Source: Fistulifera solaris (lineage: Eukaryota). Taken from it: 64,000 bases of DNA. The stretch is from the NCBI GenBank assembly GCA_030295235.1, contig AP026123.1, forward strand, positions 2,046,001 to 2,110,000. Reading direction: 5' to 3'. The notes beneath the pieces were generated by a model. The model was not told the DNA's origin, ran no database searches, and was given only the letters and a program-made list of their open reading frames with translations. Shown in pieces: positions 47,721-60,600 of the stretch. How positions within the stretch are numbered: position 1 is the stretch's first letter; every line of letters begins with the position of its first letter. Position numbers and translations under genes: made by a program.

Positions 47721-49958
47721 ATGAGCATGGAAAAGGAGGCGATGAGACCCTCCCCGGAAAGAACCCCAATTCAATCATCAAAGAAACGAAAATTGACGAA
47801 TGAAAAGCAGAGTCGACATTATAAAGATGAGAGTACTAGCGACCATGCTGAGATACAGGAACTCCGTCGAAATCTTCCAGTGTACGGTTTTCGTAAGAGG
47901 CTGGTGGAAAGCATCAATGCGAATCCTGAAAACAAAGTGCTCCTGGTCGCCGCCGAAACGGGGTCAGGGAAATCCACTCAAATTCCCGCATACATGCTAC
48001 CCTACACTGGACGCGTGGTCGTCACACAGCCTCGCCGAGTGGCAGCCGTGACACTCGCGAGCCGAGTGGCGCTGGAACACGGCTGCAAGGCGGGTCAGCG
48101 GGTCGGGTACCGTGTTCGATTTGACGATTGCACATCGACGGAAACGCAACTCATTTACGCCACGGACGGAATGCTACTTCGAGAAGCCATGGCCGATCCG
48201 TTGCTACAGGCGTACAGCGTAGTTTTTCTTGACGAGTGTCATGAACGCTCGCTGCAAACTGATATACTAATTGGTGTTGTACATGGTGCGCGCAAAGCGC
48301 GAAAGCTAAGCAAATGGAAGCCCTACAATTAGTCTTGATGTCTGCAACACTGGAAATAAACAAATTCCAAGAATTTTTTGGGCATGACAATATCATTGTG
48401 GTGGAAATTCCCGGTCGTCAGTATCCTGTACAGACATTATATACGAAGAGCCCGGTAGAGGATTATATGGAGGCAACATTGGCGACAATAGTCCAGATTC
48501 ACACCCATGAGCTTCCTGGAGACATTCTCGTGTTTTTAACCGGACAGGATGAAATTGAAAATATAGCGCGCTTGCTGCGACAAGCATTACAGGAAGGAAA
48601 CGAACAGAGTAAGCAGCAGTGGACAGGTGATCAAGTTCAGTCACTTCGGGATGTGCAAAACACGTCATCGTCGCATTCAGTTGTTAATGGCGTTTCCATT
48701 TGTCCTTTATTTGCTGCTCTGCCACCTGAACAGCAACTGCTTGTATTCGAGGAGAAACCACCGGGCTGTTTTCGAAAGATTGTTCTGGCAACGAACATAG
48801 CCGAAACGTCGGTCACCATTCCCGATATAAAATACGTTGTAGATACAGGGAAGCACAAATGTCGTCAAGTCCTTTCGACAGGAATGGAAACGCTACAGAT
48901 TCACGATATCAGCCAAGCGCAAGCAGCGCAGCGTTCTGGGCGTGCCGGGCGTGTTCAAGCCGGGTTGTGTTTTCGCTTGTTTACGGAAGAAGCATTTACA
49001 AAGCTGCCGGAGGCAAGCCTTCCTGAAATATTGCGGGTCAGTCTTTCTCAAGTTGTTTTGCAGCTCAAGGGCATGGGCATAGAAGATCCGCGGGAGTTCG
49101 ACTTTGTAACTCCCCCCAGAAACGGATGGCCTACGTCGCGCCGTCGAACTTCTTTACGCGTTGCAAGCATTGGATGAGAAGCTTAAACTGACAGATTACG
49201 GGAAGAAGCTTGCCAATCTACCACTTGATCCTATGTATGGTCACTTACTACTCCAAAGTACTGTTTATTCCTGTACGAGGGAGATGTTGACTGTTGTCGC
49301 AGTTTTATCTTCAGATCATTTGCTTTTCCGACCAAACAATGAGCTCGCGGCAAAGGCAGTCGCTGTGCACCGTCGGTTTGCGAGCCACGAGGGCGACTTC
49401 CCGACTTACTTAAATGTGTACAATGCATGGCAAAATGAGGCCATTTATGTGCCGGCAGCCGCAGGGGGTATTAAAGCGCAAACTAAGGTTTGGCGTCGGG
49501 ACTCCACAAAGAGGCTTCTTCACTTGGACTGGTGTCGCCAGAACTTCGTTTCTAGTCGGTCGCTTGTCCGCGCGTATGACATTCGTCAACAACTAGAACA
49601 GCTGTGTTCTAGCTCTCGCAGTGGGTTGAACATAGATACAACAATATCATGTGGGAAGGATCAAATCAAATTCTTGAAATGCGTTGCTGCTGGCTTGTTT
49701 TTACAAGCCGCTGGTCGACAAGTTTCTCCCGAAATATCCGGATCAGGGCGCGTTGGATCATCGCACGGAAAGTATGTTACCACGATGGGAAAAGAAAGCG
49801 TGTCGATCCATCCTACAAGTCTCATGTTTGGTCGACAACCTCCGCCATCATGGGTTGTTTATTCTGAACTCATCGCTACGAAAAGGATTTATATTCGGGG
49901 CGTGACTCAGATCAAAGAAGAATGGCTAAAAGAGGTCGCCCCTAGCTTTTACGGCTAA
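47721..49958 (+). CDS. DEAH/RHA-family RNA helicase (DHX33/DHX35-like), two frameshifts (~48310, ~49115)
   Basis: ETGSGKSTQ, TQPRRVAA, TDGMLLRE, DECHER, MSAT, FLTGQDEI, ATNIAETSVTI, QRSGRAGR, HA2 LPLDP, OB-fold IHPTS. Confidence 0.93.
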
Positions 49959-49982
49959 TAACTTCAGCTCATAAATGATAAT

Positions 49983-50518
49983 TTATACGGAATCCCACTT
50001 GAATTCTATGTTTGATACCGAAACAGCCAAATCATTGTCAGCATCGTAATCGGCCCAGTCACTTTCACTGAAGTCCACTGCCTCAGTATCAAACTCGTAT
50101 CCGCCTTCACTTGTAGCTGTAAATTCCTGTCCCATCGGGAAGAAAGCGAAAGGTTCCAAACCGCGACATTCTACAGCTAAGATAGGTACAAAGTTGCCGC
50201 TATCTTCTGCCGAATAAACATCTTTTGGTAATACCGCCCCTTTCTTCTTCTTCAGAATTGTTTTGATTTGTTCCGCCGTCAGCACGGTGAGTGTGCTTCT
50301 CTTTTGCTGCCCTCCCAGGTAAGGGCAAAATTGTGATCTGGTTCTCTCGAATTTTCTGCTTGCTCCACAAACTCAGTCGGATTGACAATGATTTTCTCGC
50401 GTATCTCAAAATCAGAAAGAGGATTTTTAACGCTGAGTCTCAGATTCTCGTCCTTTCTTAGTTGCAGCGAGGCAATGTTTTCCAAGTCGGCTTTCATAAA
50501 TAGCATAAAAACGACCAT
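49983..50518 (-). CDS. DUF866/CZIB (C1orf123-like) protein; frameshift ~50292
   Basis: MVVFMLFMKADLENI...ECRGLEP..F.P...F.A.SEGG..F...DFSE.DWADYD....VSV. Confidence 0.85.
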
Positions 50519-51042
50519 GATTGATGTCCTTTTGGATCACTCCACCAATAGTGCTTCCGTACGTTCAGGATTATATTTGTGTTAATATAACTAGTTTGTT
50601 CTCGGATGAAAAGCTTCGATTTTTGTTCTCTTTGTGATACTTGCGCCTCCCATCATCTCTCATCACCGTCGTCTTTTTCCGCATCATCGCATCAATCAAC
50701 AAAATAAATACTGAGTAATAGGGAACTGTGCGGTCTGTCCTTCAGACCCTTAAGCGACTGCCAAAATCCACGTCAGCATTGAGCGGCTGTCGTTTTATAC
50801 CGCGTGTTTAGTATCTGCTAAAAAGAAGCATTCGTTACCAGTACGATTTTCCATGTACAATGCGAGTGGTGCGGCCGGAACCAAGAAAACAAAAACATCT
50901 GCCGTCGCCCGCGATGATGACGAAAAACGACGCAAGATGCATCGAAAAGAAGCCGCACGTGGTCCCATTGTATTCTGCATCTATTATCTGTTGCGATCAG
51001 GACCGTAACTCAGTATAATCAAAGTTGATTCTTAGTTTCGAA

Positions 51043-51731
51043 ATGAACAGCAGCGCGGACGAATCGGACGCGGGAGCGCCTCTTCCTGATTTTCGCACGC
51101 AAGGGCTCCAGTTGCAAACGATTGCTCCGGCTTTGGGGGTCATCAACCAGAAGGCTTCGCCCGATTATCTTGATTATGATGTAAAAGGACGAGGAATATT
51201 CAGTACCATGTTTGCGAATAGTGGAATGGCGTATCTGCTGGGAATATCAGCGGGAGGAATTTACGGTTTTCGACAAGGGTTGGCCGCTACTCCTTCGACA
51301 CGGTTCCGCGTTCAAGTGAATTCAGTTCTCAATCATTGTGGAAGATACGGGAGTCGAGCAGGAAACGCGCTTGGTGTATTCGCCGTCTTGTATTCATTCT
51401 ATGAGGGAGTTTCAGATCGCGTAAGTTTGATTTATTATGTCTGTTGTCATTTGTATCGAACACTGCCTCATTTCTTTGCTTGTGTCTCCGTAATCTACAA
51501 TAGTATGAACCAGAAGAGCTTCTTGGGTTAACGAGACAGTACCCCTCTCTTGCAGCGTTTATTTCCCCAGTGTTTGGTGCTACAATGGCTTCGGCTACTT
51601 ATTATGCACCTTCGGGAATACGTGTGGCCGCTCTGGCTGGAGGTCTCGGAGCAGCTAGCGTTGCTGTTACTTACGGAGGTTACAAAATGCTGGGAATTCC
51701 GTACGGCAAACTTGGCTTTTTATTTCTTTAA
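51043..51731 (+). CDS. TIM23: Mitochondrial inner-membrane translocase Tim23 (intron 51421-51503)
   Basis: PDYL...GMAYLLGISAGGIYGF.QGL...RVQVNSVLNHCGRYGSRAGNALGVFAVLYS. In-frame second exon ends at TAA 51729-51731. Confidence 0.9.
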
Positions 51732-51830
51732 TGATCGCGGTTATAAGAACTTTTTTCCCGATGTATGAATAGAATCTGCCTTGTCGTAGACTCAGTTTGT
51801 AAGGAAACGATAGAAACAGAGTCATTTGCC

Positions 51831-52934
51831 TTATGAAATTACTGCATTTGTTTTAAACGTTTTAGATGGACGCGCATGGGAAACAGCAGTCCGCAACGCC
51901 CCATTCAATGGGTCGGCTAATAGATGTTCGTCCTCCTCCAACGTTGTTGACCATTGTGGATCGACGATGTCCCAATCAATCAAATCATCGGCGGGATTGT
52001 CCGTCAGCCAAAATCCGTATCTGTCGAACAAGTCTAGACAGGTTGCCCTTCCATCATTATAGCCTATCGTTACCTGTTCTCCGGGTTCAATGTCTCGCGT
52101 CGCCAGGAGAGCGTGCATGGATTCATCGTCGGCGTCGGGTATTATGATAGTCTCTACCTCTGCATTTGGATCGACGTCATGATTGACCATGTCAACAAAA
52201 GGCACCAACATACGTCGGAGACGACTCGTCATTCCTCCGTCCTGTGATATCATTTGAACGGTGGTGAATCTCCGAGAACGCACTATCCACGTTGCCCATT
52301 TTAGTTCTGCTAGATCAATCCTTGTTCTTTCGGCCACTACGGAGATTTCATGTTGCCTCTCCAGACAGTCGCTGATCAAGCTAGGTATTTCGAGTTCCTT
52401 GACAATGTCTGGGTCCCAAAAATCTGGGGTTGCATCGAAGTTGGGATCATTTATCTTGGGTAAGCAGCTTAAATAAGGCTCCCAGTGTGGATCCTTTGCG
52501 TATGTTGTTAGAAAATTTACAGCTTCTTGTACATCTTCATTGTCAGAAGCAGCTTGGCTGCCATCATTCAGGCTGTCAGAGATCGTCAGCGACGAAATGA
52601 TCGGTATGGCCAAAATATACTCGCCTGCTATTATTGGCTCTTCCCCGCAGAATAGACCTCTACACAATGATTCCTTGTCGATGTCAACCCTAAGCCGACT
52701 CAGGCCCTCACATTCCATTTCCTCCAAAAACTTCACCAATTTGCCAAAGTGATCGGATTCGGCCTGAGATAGTGATTTCGAACCGAATAGTGGTTTGTTG
52801 AGGCGTTCGTTTGTCTGACTGTGGAAAAAGGCAGATGAAAGGCTGCCGGTAGTGGACGTTACAAGTAATAGCCACACCTCGTAACACAACAACAATTTAT
52901 AAGGGACGCGATTGGTTTTCAAGAGTTGATTCAT
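51831..52934 (-). CDS. SET-domain (Rubisco LSMT-like) methyltransferase, likely plastid-targeted
   Basis: RGLF...ILAIP; WEPYLSCLP; WATWIVRSR; LVPFVDMVNHD; ATRDIEPGEQVTIGY; YGF. Leader with SSAFF. Confidence 0.85.
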   Translation of the reverse strand: MNQLLKTNRVPYKLLLCYEVWLLLVTSTTGSLSSAFFHSQTNERLNKPLFGSKSLSQAESDHFGKLVKFLEEMECEGLSRLRVDIDKESLCRGLFCGEEPIIAGEYILAIPIISSLTISDSLNDGSQAASDNEDVQEAVNFLTTYAKDPHWEPYLSCLPKINDPNFDATPDFWDPDIVKELEIPSLISDCLERQHEISVVAERTRIDLAELKWATWIVRSRRFTTVQMISQDGGMTSRLRRMLVPFVDMVNHDVDPNAEVETIIIPDADDESMHALLATRDIEPGEQVTIGYNDGRATCLDLFDRYGFWLTDNPADDLIDWDIVDPQWSTTLEEDEHLLADPLNGALRTAVSHARPSKTFKTNAVIS

Positions 52935-53335
52935 AGGACTCGATTTTCTCGGGAAAGCGACAGATGCAAATGTGTCAAAGTTAATATGTCTCTGAAGAAT
53001 GGTTCCAATTATAAGCAAAGTGCAAAGCACATCAATTGGAACGAAGCCATCATCGCACGCCGTATTTCGTCGTCATCTCATTAATTTTGTGTCGTAGCGG
53101 TTTCATTTCCTTACTCAGAGTTACAGTAAGCCTTACATGAAAAGTGGTAGCGTCATGGTGTCGGATCGGTTTGATTCTAATCAACATCATAGCCAATTTC
53201 TTCCTTGTGGTATTGAGAGTCGACCTCTAAAATGACGATTACACTATACTCCAAAAATACTGGGTAAAAAATAAATTACATATTCATATCCATACTTAGA
53301 AAAGAAAAAACGGACAGGTAACACCAAAGAACGAG

Positions 53336-54957
53336 CTATGGACTTCCTTTTGACGCTGTGCCGACAAATTCTTGCAATAACTTCGGGCTGGTGCTCTCGA
53401 AAAGTATGTCATGTAAAAAGCGCTCGAGCAGAAAAACTTTCAAAGACAAATATCCGGCGTCCAAGCAGCGGAACCAACGTTGGCGCTTCTTCAGAAGCCT
53501 CCAGCTGGTAATGGCGTTCGGAAGGTGCTCAATTTCGGGCTCTTCAGTCACAGCCAGAGGAGAAACAGTCGCAATCACGGAGGCGCATCCTTCGTGTGAA
53601 TGGGTGACTTTCTTTGCAAGCTCTTCAAAGTCTCTGTAGCGTTTCCACACGCCAACCGTATCTTGAATGCTGCCTTGGCGATAAATTACCAAGAACTGAG
53701 CGTATTTGTGACCATTACTGCTTTCCACAACACGATAAGAGGCAATACTGATGTTTATTGTCACAATTCCGCCTCCTTTTTCGGCTGGTCTTGCAAAGCT
53801 CTTCGACACGGTAGTTCCGAACGCATTCATCCCACGAATGAGTACTGTCAAGTCACCATTGCTTCCATGTCCTCGTATTGTTTTCGGCAAAATTCCCGAA
53901 TCATCTCCACGTTGGTTAGGATCATTCATAAGCGAGACAAGAGTAGCTTCAGCAGCAGCTCCTTTATCTGCGACTTGTGGCTGAACAGTAGCGCCGGTGT
54001 AGTCATCACGCAAGTTCGGGCCATCGAACATACCATCGGCAAAAGGACTCAAAGAAATCGGCGATGCCGCTGTCAGTACTTCAGACGGCATGCTATAATT
54101 GACTTGTGATCGCGCAAAATTCTGGGCCCACATTTTCTCGTAAAAGGCTCTTTCTTCAACAGGCTGTGGTGGGCGTTGTCCAGCAGTGTGCTTCCATAGA
54201 TGTTGTGAGCTCAAAGACTCTTCCAAGACGTACGTCGGTGCTGTGACTGCCATTGCGCCTGCATCTAACAATTTTAAAGTTATTGCGGTTATTAGTCTGA
54301 GAGTTTCTTTTTGACACAGAACTGTTTCGAGTGCTGCTTACCTTTTGGGCCGCTGTCATCAACTTCGCCGCTTGATGCAATGCGTGGAACGAGCCCAAAA
54401 CGCTTCGTGCTTTTCTTGTCTGATTTCGGTGCCATGTGCTCTGATCCATGCACGTCTTCGTACCATCCATAACCCCAGTCGTTGCTACTATTCTCACTTC
54501 TTGCTCGGAAGGAATCCGAACTACCCGTAGCTGAATCGTCATTACGATGTCCGCTGCTCATTCGGCTGCCTTGTCTTTGGGTCTGAAAATTCACCAATCG
54601 ATTTTGAGCACTACTTAATGGATTGCCGGTCGACTCCACAATGTTGTCAAAGTGGTAGGTATGACCCGTCACTTCGGCCATCTCTTCCTCGCGAGTAAAA
54701 GGCTCGTCCGGCAGCAAACCTCCACTACTATCGGAAAGACTCGAACCACTGGATATCGATCGTCTCATCGCAGTGAGTCGCGTCGGAACCGCCATATTGT
54801 CGTCTTGATCGCTCGCAGCATCCGTATTGTCGTATTCGATCATCATTTCGTTGTGATCTGGATTGGGGTCAATGTCCATGTCCACGTTATCGGTTGCAGA
54901 GACCACTCTGCGCATCCCTTCGCCTGATCCGGCTGTTTGATTTTCACTTGTCGACAT
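53336..54957 (-). CDS. PX (phox homology) domain protein (intron 54265-54341)
   Basis: ISIASYRVV...YAQFLV...VWKRYRDFEELA...LERFLHDILFE. The GT-AG intron joins ORFs 54292..54957 and 53336..54271 in frame. Confidence 0.75.
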
Positions 54958-55317
54958 TATGATCGACCTAATAATAATAGATAATCAGTCACCTACCAAA
55001 TTGCTTTTGATATTATTTAGCTCGTGCAGCGTGCAAACAGAACGTGGCTGTTCACATGCGGTGCGGTGCGAAGACCGCGACGAAATAATAAGGAGAAAAA
55101 GTCTTCTTTAGAGAACAAATCGTACCGGTACCGTTTAAATTATAGTAGAGAAAAAACCTAAAGTCGCATCGGGTAAAAGATACGTTACGATCCACCGCGC
55201 GCTTTTTTTCGGCAAAGGACCGCAACAACATTTTTTCATACGCAACATCACATTCACTTTTCCATTCATTACAATAGCAAATCGCTATCTCTCTTTTGAA
55301 TCTATCAATCAAGCAAT

Positions 55318-56564
55318 ATGTGGGTAAGTTTAGAAATCGGTTGATTTGATGCTGCAGATTCCGCTTCGTTTTCTCAAAGTCGGGCGGGCCATCTGGCGGG
55401 AACTGTCAAGATTTCGCACGTTTTCTCATGTCAATTCAATCTGGCTATACTTCTGACCATTTTTGCAACAGGTTTATATCAGAGATGAAGCCAATCGTAT
55501 CTTAGAATTTGAGGTCGAACCATCGACTACGGTTCTTATGCTCATGGAAATGTATGAACGCTATGCTGGCTTTTCCATCGAACGACAGCAACTTGTTTTC
55601 GATGGACATTATCTGGAGCGCGAGTACACCATGAGTGATAACAATATCGTGGACGAAAGTGAACTACGCGTCATTTTGCGACATGGGCCTCCTGCGTCTC
55701 AGCAGCCGCGCCACATGACGGTAAGTAGCAAATGAACGGTCGATTAGTCGCCAGATGACGGTTCTTTTGAGGGACGCGCCTCCGTCGAGCGTTGCTGATG
55801 TCATTTGCGTTGCGAGCTTGAACTATTCCCATGATTTTTGGTTTGCCTAACAAACTCCCATTCATTCTGTTTTCGCGTGGCAGATATTTGTCAAGTCTAA
55901 TTCAGGCCAAACCCTTGCTTTCCTTGTTTCCCCATCCGCCTCGCCTCGCGCTATCATGGAAGCAATTGAAAAAGTAAAAGGAATTCCTATTTGTGATCAA
56001 CAACTCTTTATAGATGGAGATTTTTTAGATTATAGTGTATCATTGCGGTTTCAAGACAAAAAAGACCAAGATTGCTTGAATTTGGTGTTCACACAACCCT
56101 TCCGCCACCACCGTGATGCGGTACCCCCTGGCACATTTGACGAGCCAAAAATGGTGGCCGAACTCAAACTACGGGCTACGACGATCCGCAAGGCCATAAT
56201 CAAGATCAACAGCTTGTACGCCTCATCGGGAGGGAATTTGCAAGGCGCGTCCGGGATTTTTCATTGGATGGAGAAGAAAGCGAAGCATGCTAGCGAAATT
56301 ATCCGGACAGTCAGTGAATTCTGTCTCTGTCAGCGAGTCAAGTTGATTGCGTTTGACGACAAAGACTTCTATTTAGCAGCACTCCACGCGCATCACAATG
56401 TGATGCACGCCGCGACGGAAGCAAAGAAGAGCGTCGTTTTGTCTACGGCGGACAAGTTGGATAAAGCTCTAGGGCTGATGCTGATCATGTACGTGCCATG
56501 TCAAGAGAATCTTGTACGCACCGAAACGCCGGGAGCTTGCCGCACCTACAGTCTATTACCTTAG
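55318..56564 (+). CDS. Protein with two divergent ubiquitin-like domains and a helical C-terminus (introns 55324-55471, 55721-55883)
   Basis: MW|VYIRDEANRILEFEVEPSTTV...QQLVFDGHYLE...LRVILR; second unit MT|IFVKSNSGQTLAFLVSPS...IEKVKGIPICDQQLFIDG. No di-Gly at either domain end. Confidence 0.7.
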
Positions 56565-57127
56565 TTCGATAATTTGTCGTAGATTTTCGCTTGATGTATC
56601 TTATCTTTCCAATTTTGAGGATTCTCTTTTCAAACGTCCTGTCATAGAGAAGAGCATATTGTCGAGAAGATAGCGATGCATACGTCACGCTCTTTAACTG
56701 AAAAGCCCTCGGGCTTCCACCAATCTTTCCTCTTTCTCTCCGAAGACGTTGATCAGACTTTATCAGCCGCATTATCATCATAGCGCTGTTAAAGCCTTCT
56801 TCCATGCGGCATGTAATCATCGTTTACAAATTAGAAGGACTTAGCGGCTTCTCGAATGTAGTTGAGCCCTTTACCATCGAGAGTCGAGAGTAAAGGTTTA
56901 CTGGTCGCATCGCATCGAGCATCGAGCATCATCGCGTTGCTTTTATTGCATCCAATCGTTGCAGTCTGTACGACCTCCGTACATGAAATGCGTGCGCTTT
57001 TTCCGCGTTTTGGTCGTTTCGCGAAAATGAAAACCTCCTTGACTTTATTGGACGATGGCGGGCATCAGTTTTGACATTGTCTAATGCTACGGATCTGGAG
57101 AGGTCAGATCCGAAGTCCGTCGGAAAT

Positions 57128-57628
57128 ATGGTAATAATTAAATCAGGGGAGAGATTTTTGCTGTCTGTATGTGCCTTCGCGTTGCTGGTCTTTCAGTCCC
57201 CTTGCTATGTTTTGAGGTCTCACATTGCTAGACGCACCATCCAGACTGTTTGTAAACGACAAATAGCAAGATTCGCGAGCGTTTCTGGGATAGTATATTC
57301 GAGCGAAAAGCCTGGAGTCCCTTGTGTTCGTCTTTTTACGAAAGAAGGATGCACGCTTTGTGATAAAGTCAAAGAAGTTTTACTCGAAGTCCGCGAGAGT
57401 CACCCTCATGGTCTCGAACAAGTTGACATCACGGATGAAGGAAACCAGGAAATTTTTGATCGTTATAAGTACGACATCCCTGTACTACACGTCAATGGAT
57501 TATACTGGACTAAGCATAAGCTATCAAAAGACGAGGCCGTCCAGGCTCTCGTCGCCGCAACAAATGGGTCTTTTGTGAGTCCCCCTGGCGAGCCAGATGC
57601 ATCTCGGCTGGAACGCAATCAGTCATAG
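57128..57628 (+). CDS. Glutaredoxin-like DUF836 protein with N-terminal leader
   Basis: VRLFTKEGCTLCD...VDITD...RYKYDIPVLHVNG...KH. Confidence 0.88.
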   Translation: MVIIKSGERFLLSVCAFALLVFQSPCYVLRSHIARRTIQTVCKRQIARFASVSGIVYSSEKPGVPCVRLFTKEGCTLCDKVKEVLLEVRESHPHGLEQVDITDEGNQEIFDRYKYDIPVLHVNGLYWTKHKLSKDEAVQALVAATNGSFVSPPGEPDASRLERNQS

Positions 57629-57669
57629 CCATAGCCATAAACATAAACCGCACAACTAATTAAGAAACC

Positions 57670-60600
57670 TTATTCCTGCTCGTTTTCGGTCTCATCTTTC
57701 TTTTCGTTGACTTGAGAGTCAAAGAGGGGCTGAGTAATAGACACATTCGAACCTCCAAACGAACCGAATGGATTTGTCCCCGACCCAAACGCGTTGAAAG
57801 GTGAGCTTGCTGGCGCCGGTGCCGGTTGAGCAGGCGTCGGCAACTTGAACGAGGACGTGCCAAAAGAGAACGACACACTGGATGAACTTCCCGGAGGCTT
57901 CATATCAAGAAAGGAAGTACTACTGCCTCCACCAAACACTGGGTTTGCGAGTGTCGGCGCTTCGTCTTGCTTTTTTCTCTTGTGCGCCCCCTACACTAGG
58001 CTCTGTTGCTGTTGAAGAGCCAAAGATTGGGGGTGCCACCGTGTTGAAAGACAGGGAACCGCCGGAACCGAAAGCTGGAACGATTGTGGAGTCAGGCGGT
58101 GGAACGACCAAATCCATTTTAGAAGCGTCGGCAGAATCACTCGTTGGTTCGTTTTGCTCGGCGTCTATTTTCTTCGTACCATCGCCTTCCTCTCCCTGCT
58201 TTTGCGCATCTAGGATAAGCATTTTATTGTCGGACTCGGATTCGAGACTTGTTTCAGGAGCGTCGCCCGTTTTCGCCCTTTTCTCCTGGTCGTTAGGCAG
58301 GTCTGACTGGGCATTCTGACTGGCCTCAACTTCAAGTTTTCTCTTGCGAAGTTTGGCTTCTTCAAGTTTGCGCTTCTTCTCTATTAGCTTTTCTTTCATA
58401 GAGAGTTCCTTCTTTTCTCCTGACATTCGCCTAGTTGGCTTTGGAATATCTGCTTCCGAACCAGCTATAGCTGTATCAGGAACGGCATCGCTCGTCGACG
58501 GTTGACTAGACTTGTTCTTTGAGGGCATGTCACCTGTTGCGGATAGAACCTGCGGCATTTGCTCGCTGGTGCTTTTCCCCGGCGTGTATACCTCGGCTTC
58601 GGCTCGTAGAGGTGATCGTTTCTTAGTTTCGACCAGTTGCTGCGTCTCACTTGTACCGTCACTTGGCCCAAAAGTGAACCCTTCTTCCGGAATCACAGGC
58701 AGTCTTTCCTCTAATACTTCTGCTTGCTTTCCGGAATCCATGTTGCTAGGAGCTTTCGAAGCGTGGGTTGACACGTCAAGACCTGCAGACGAACTCTTCA
58801 AAGCTGCAAGCTGGTCTGAGAGCTTTTTCTCATTGTCTTTGAGTTCCCGTATTGTTGACTGAAATTTCCTGAGCGTTTCACGTAGCCTATTATTCTGTTC
58901 GTTTGCCCCATCCAATTGCGTTTTGTGGGAAGCTGCCTCTCTTTTCAACTTGTCCACGGTTGTCTTCAGTTCTTGCTGTTCCTCTAAAATCTTTGCGTTC
59001 GAGACTTTAGTATTCAATAACTTTTCATTCTCCGCTGTAAGTGTTTCGATTTCTTTCGTTTTCTCGTCGATTAAAGATTTTTGCTCCCTGGCTTTCTGAT
59101 TTAAGTTTTTGGCAATGTTTCTAATGCGTACACTTTCTTCTTCGGTCGCTTTCTTCCAAGCATTCAGTGACTCCTTTTCTTCTTCCATTGCGCGGATAGT
59201 TTCCTTCAACCGGCTATGCTCTTCTGGATCAATTTGATTGAACTTCGAAACCAAATTTTGGACTCTTTCCTTCCAAGCTCCAAGGTCTCTTTTCAACCCG
59301 TCTCGTTCGGCGTCCAGTGCAGCCACTTGTGCACGTAGCTCGCAAATAACTGCCTCATTCGGCTTAGAAGACTCTTTTAGAAGTTCAGTCTCTTTTGTAA
59401 TTCCAAATTCTCCTTCTGTAACCTCTCTTTTTCGGTACGTAAAACCTTATTGCTATCGGTCAAAACCATTACTTGTGCTTCTACATCATGCAACTTGTGA
59501 ACAGCTTCGTTGCCTTGGTTCCCTTTGTCGCGTGATTCCGAAAGTAGTACATTTAGTTCAGCTCTCGCTTGATCCAGATTTCTTTTCACAACATTGCTTG
59601 CTGACCTTTCACGATCGAAGGACCGCTTTGTGTTGTCGAGCTCCGACTGAATCAGCTCATTCTCGGATCGAAGGAACCGGACTAGTTCGCGTAACTCTGA
59701 AACTTCTTTTTGTTGCGCTTGATTTTGCTGCTCGGCTCCTTCATCCCTTCCGCCGGTATCTACAATGTTTGTCTGTGTTGCGTTTCGCAAATTTTCAAGC
59801 TGTGTGTGTAATGCAGCATTCTGTTCTCTTGCCTGCTTTAATGTTTGCTCTTTGATTTCAAGCGCTTCTTGAAGAGATGACTTTTCGTCTGCCCAAGCTT
59901 CACGGTGGCCCTCGCTTTCTCTTTGCAGCGTCAGGAAACTGCTTCGAAGCTCGGTATTGGTTTGCTCTTCTTTACTCAGCTTTTCCTGGACTTCGCGTAG
60001 CGAAGACCTAGCCTGAGAATGAAGACCAAGCTCTCGTTCGTAGTTCCTCTGAGCGATCGTAATCTCGCTGCGCAAACTTTCAACATCTAATTTTAAAGTC
60101 ACGTTCGCTTCTTCCAATGCTTCGACGTCTTTCGACCGACTTTCAATTGTGGCTCTCAACGTGGCAATCTCGGTTGTCAGTTTTGTCTCATTCTCACTTC
60201 TTTCGTCCCGGTAACTAGCCAAATCATTCGTAAGATCTTGAATAATTTCTTGTTTGGAAGTATTCAACGCAGACAAATTTTTCACCTTCTCCTCCAAGTC
60301 AGCTAATTCTCGTGCTTGTTTAGTCGTATTCTCTTCGGTAAGTGCTTTCAGGGTAGCAAGCTCTGACTCACTAGCTTGGGAAAGGTTTTTATAGGTCGTG
60401 ATCTTTTCCGTCATCGAGGCAAGTTCGGCATCTTTCGTTTCGATTTGCAACGCAAGACTGTCAATGCGTGCTTGCAGAGAGGCGTAAACATCATCGTCTC
60501 CTGTTAATCCGTCATGCGTTTTGGTGGTAACTCCAAGCTGCGACTCCAATGATTTGCATTTGGACGCCACCGCATTCAATTCTGCCTTGACTTCCAACAA

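Noticed and set aside
48231..48242. DECH instead of DEAH in helicase motif II
   Set aside because: Within normal DExH variation; all other motifs are intact.
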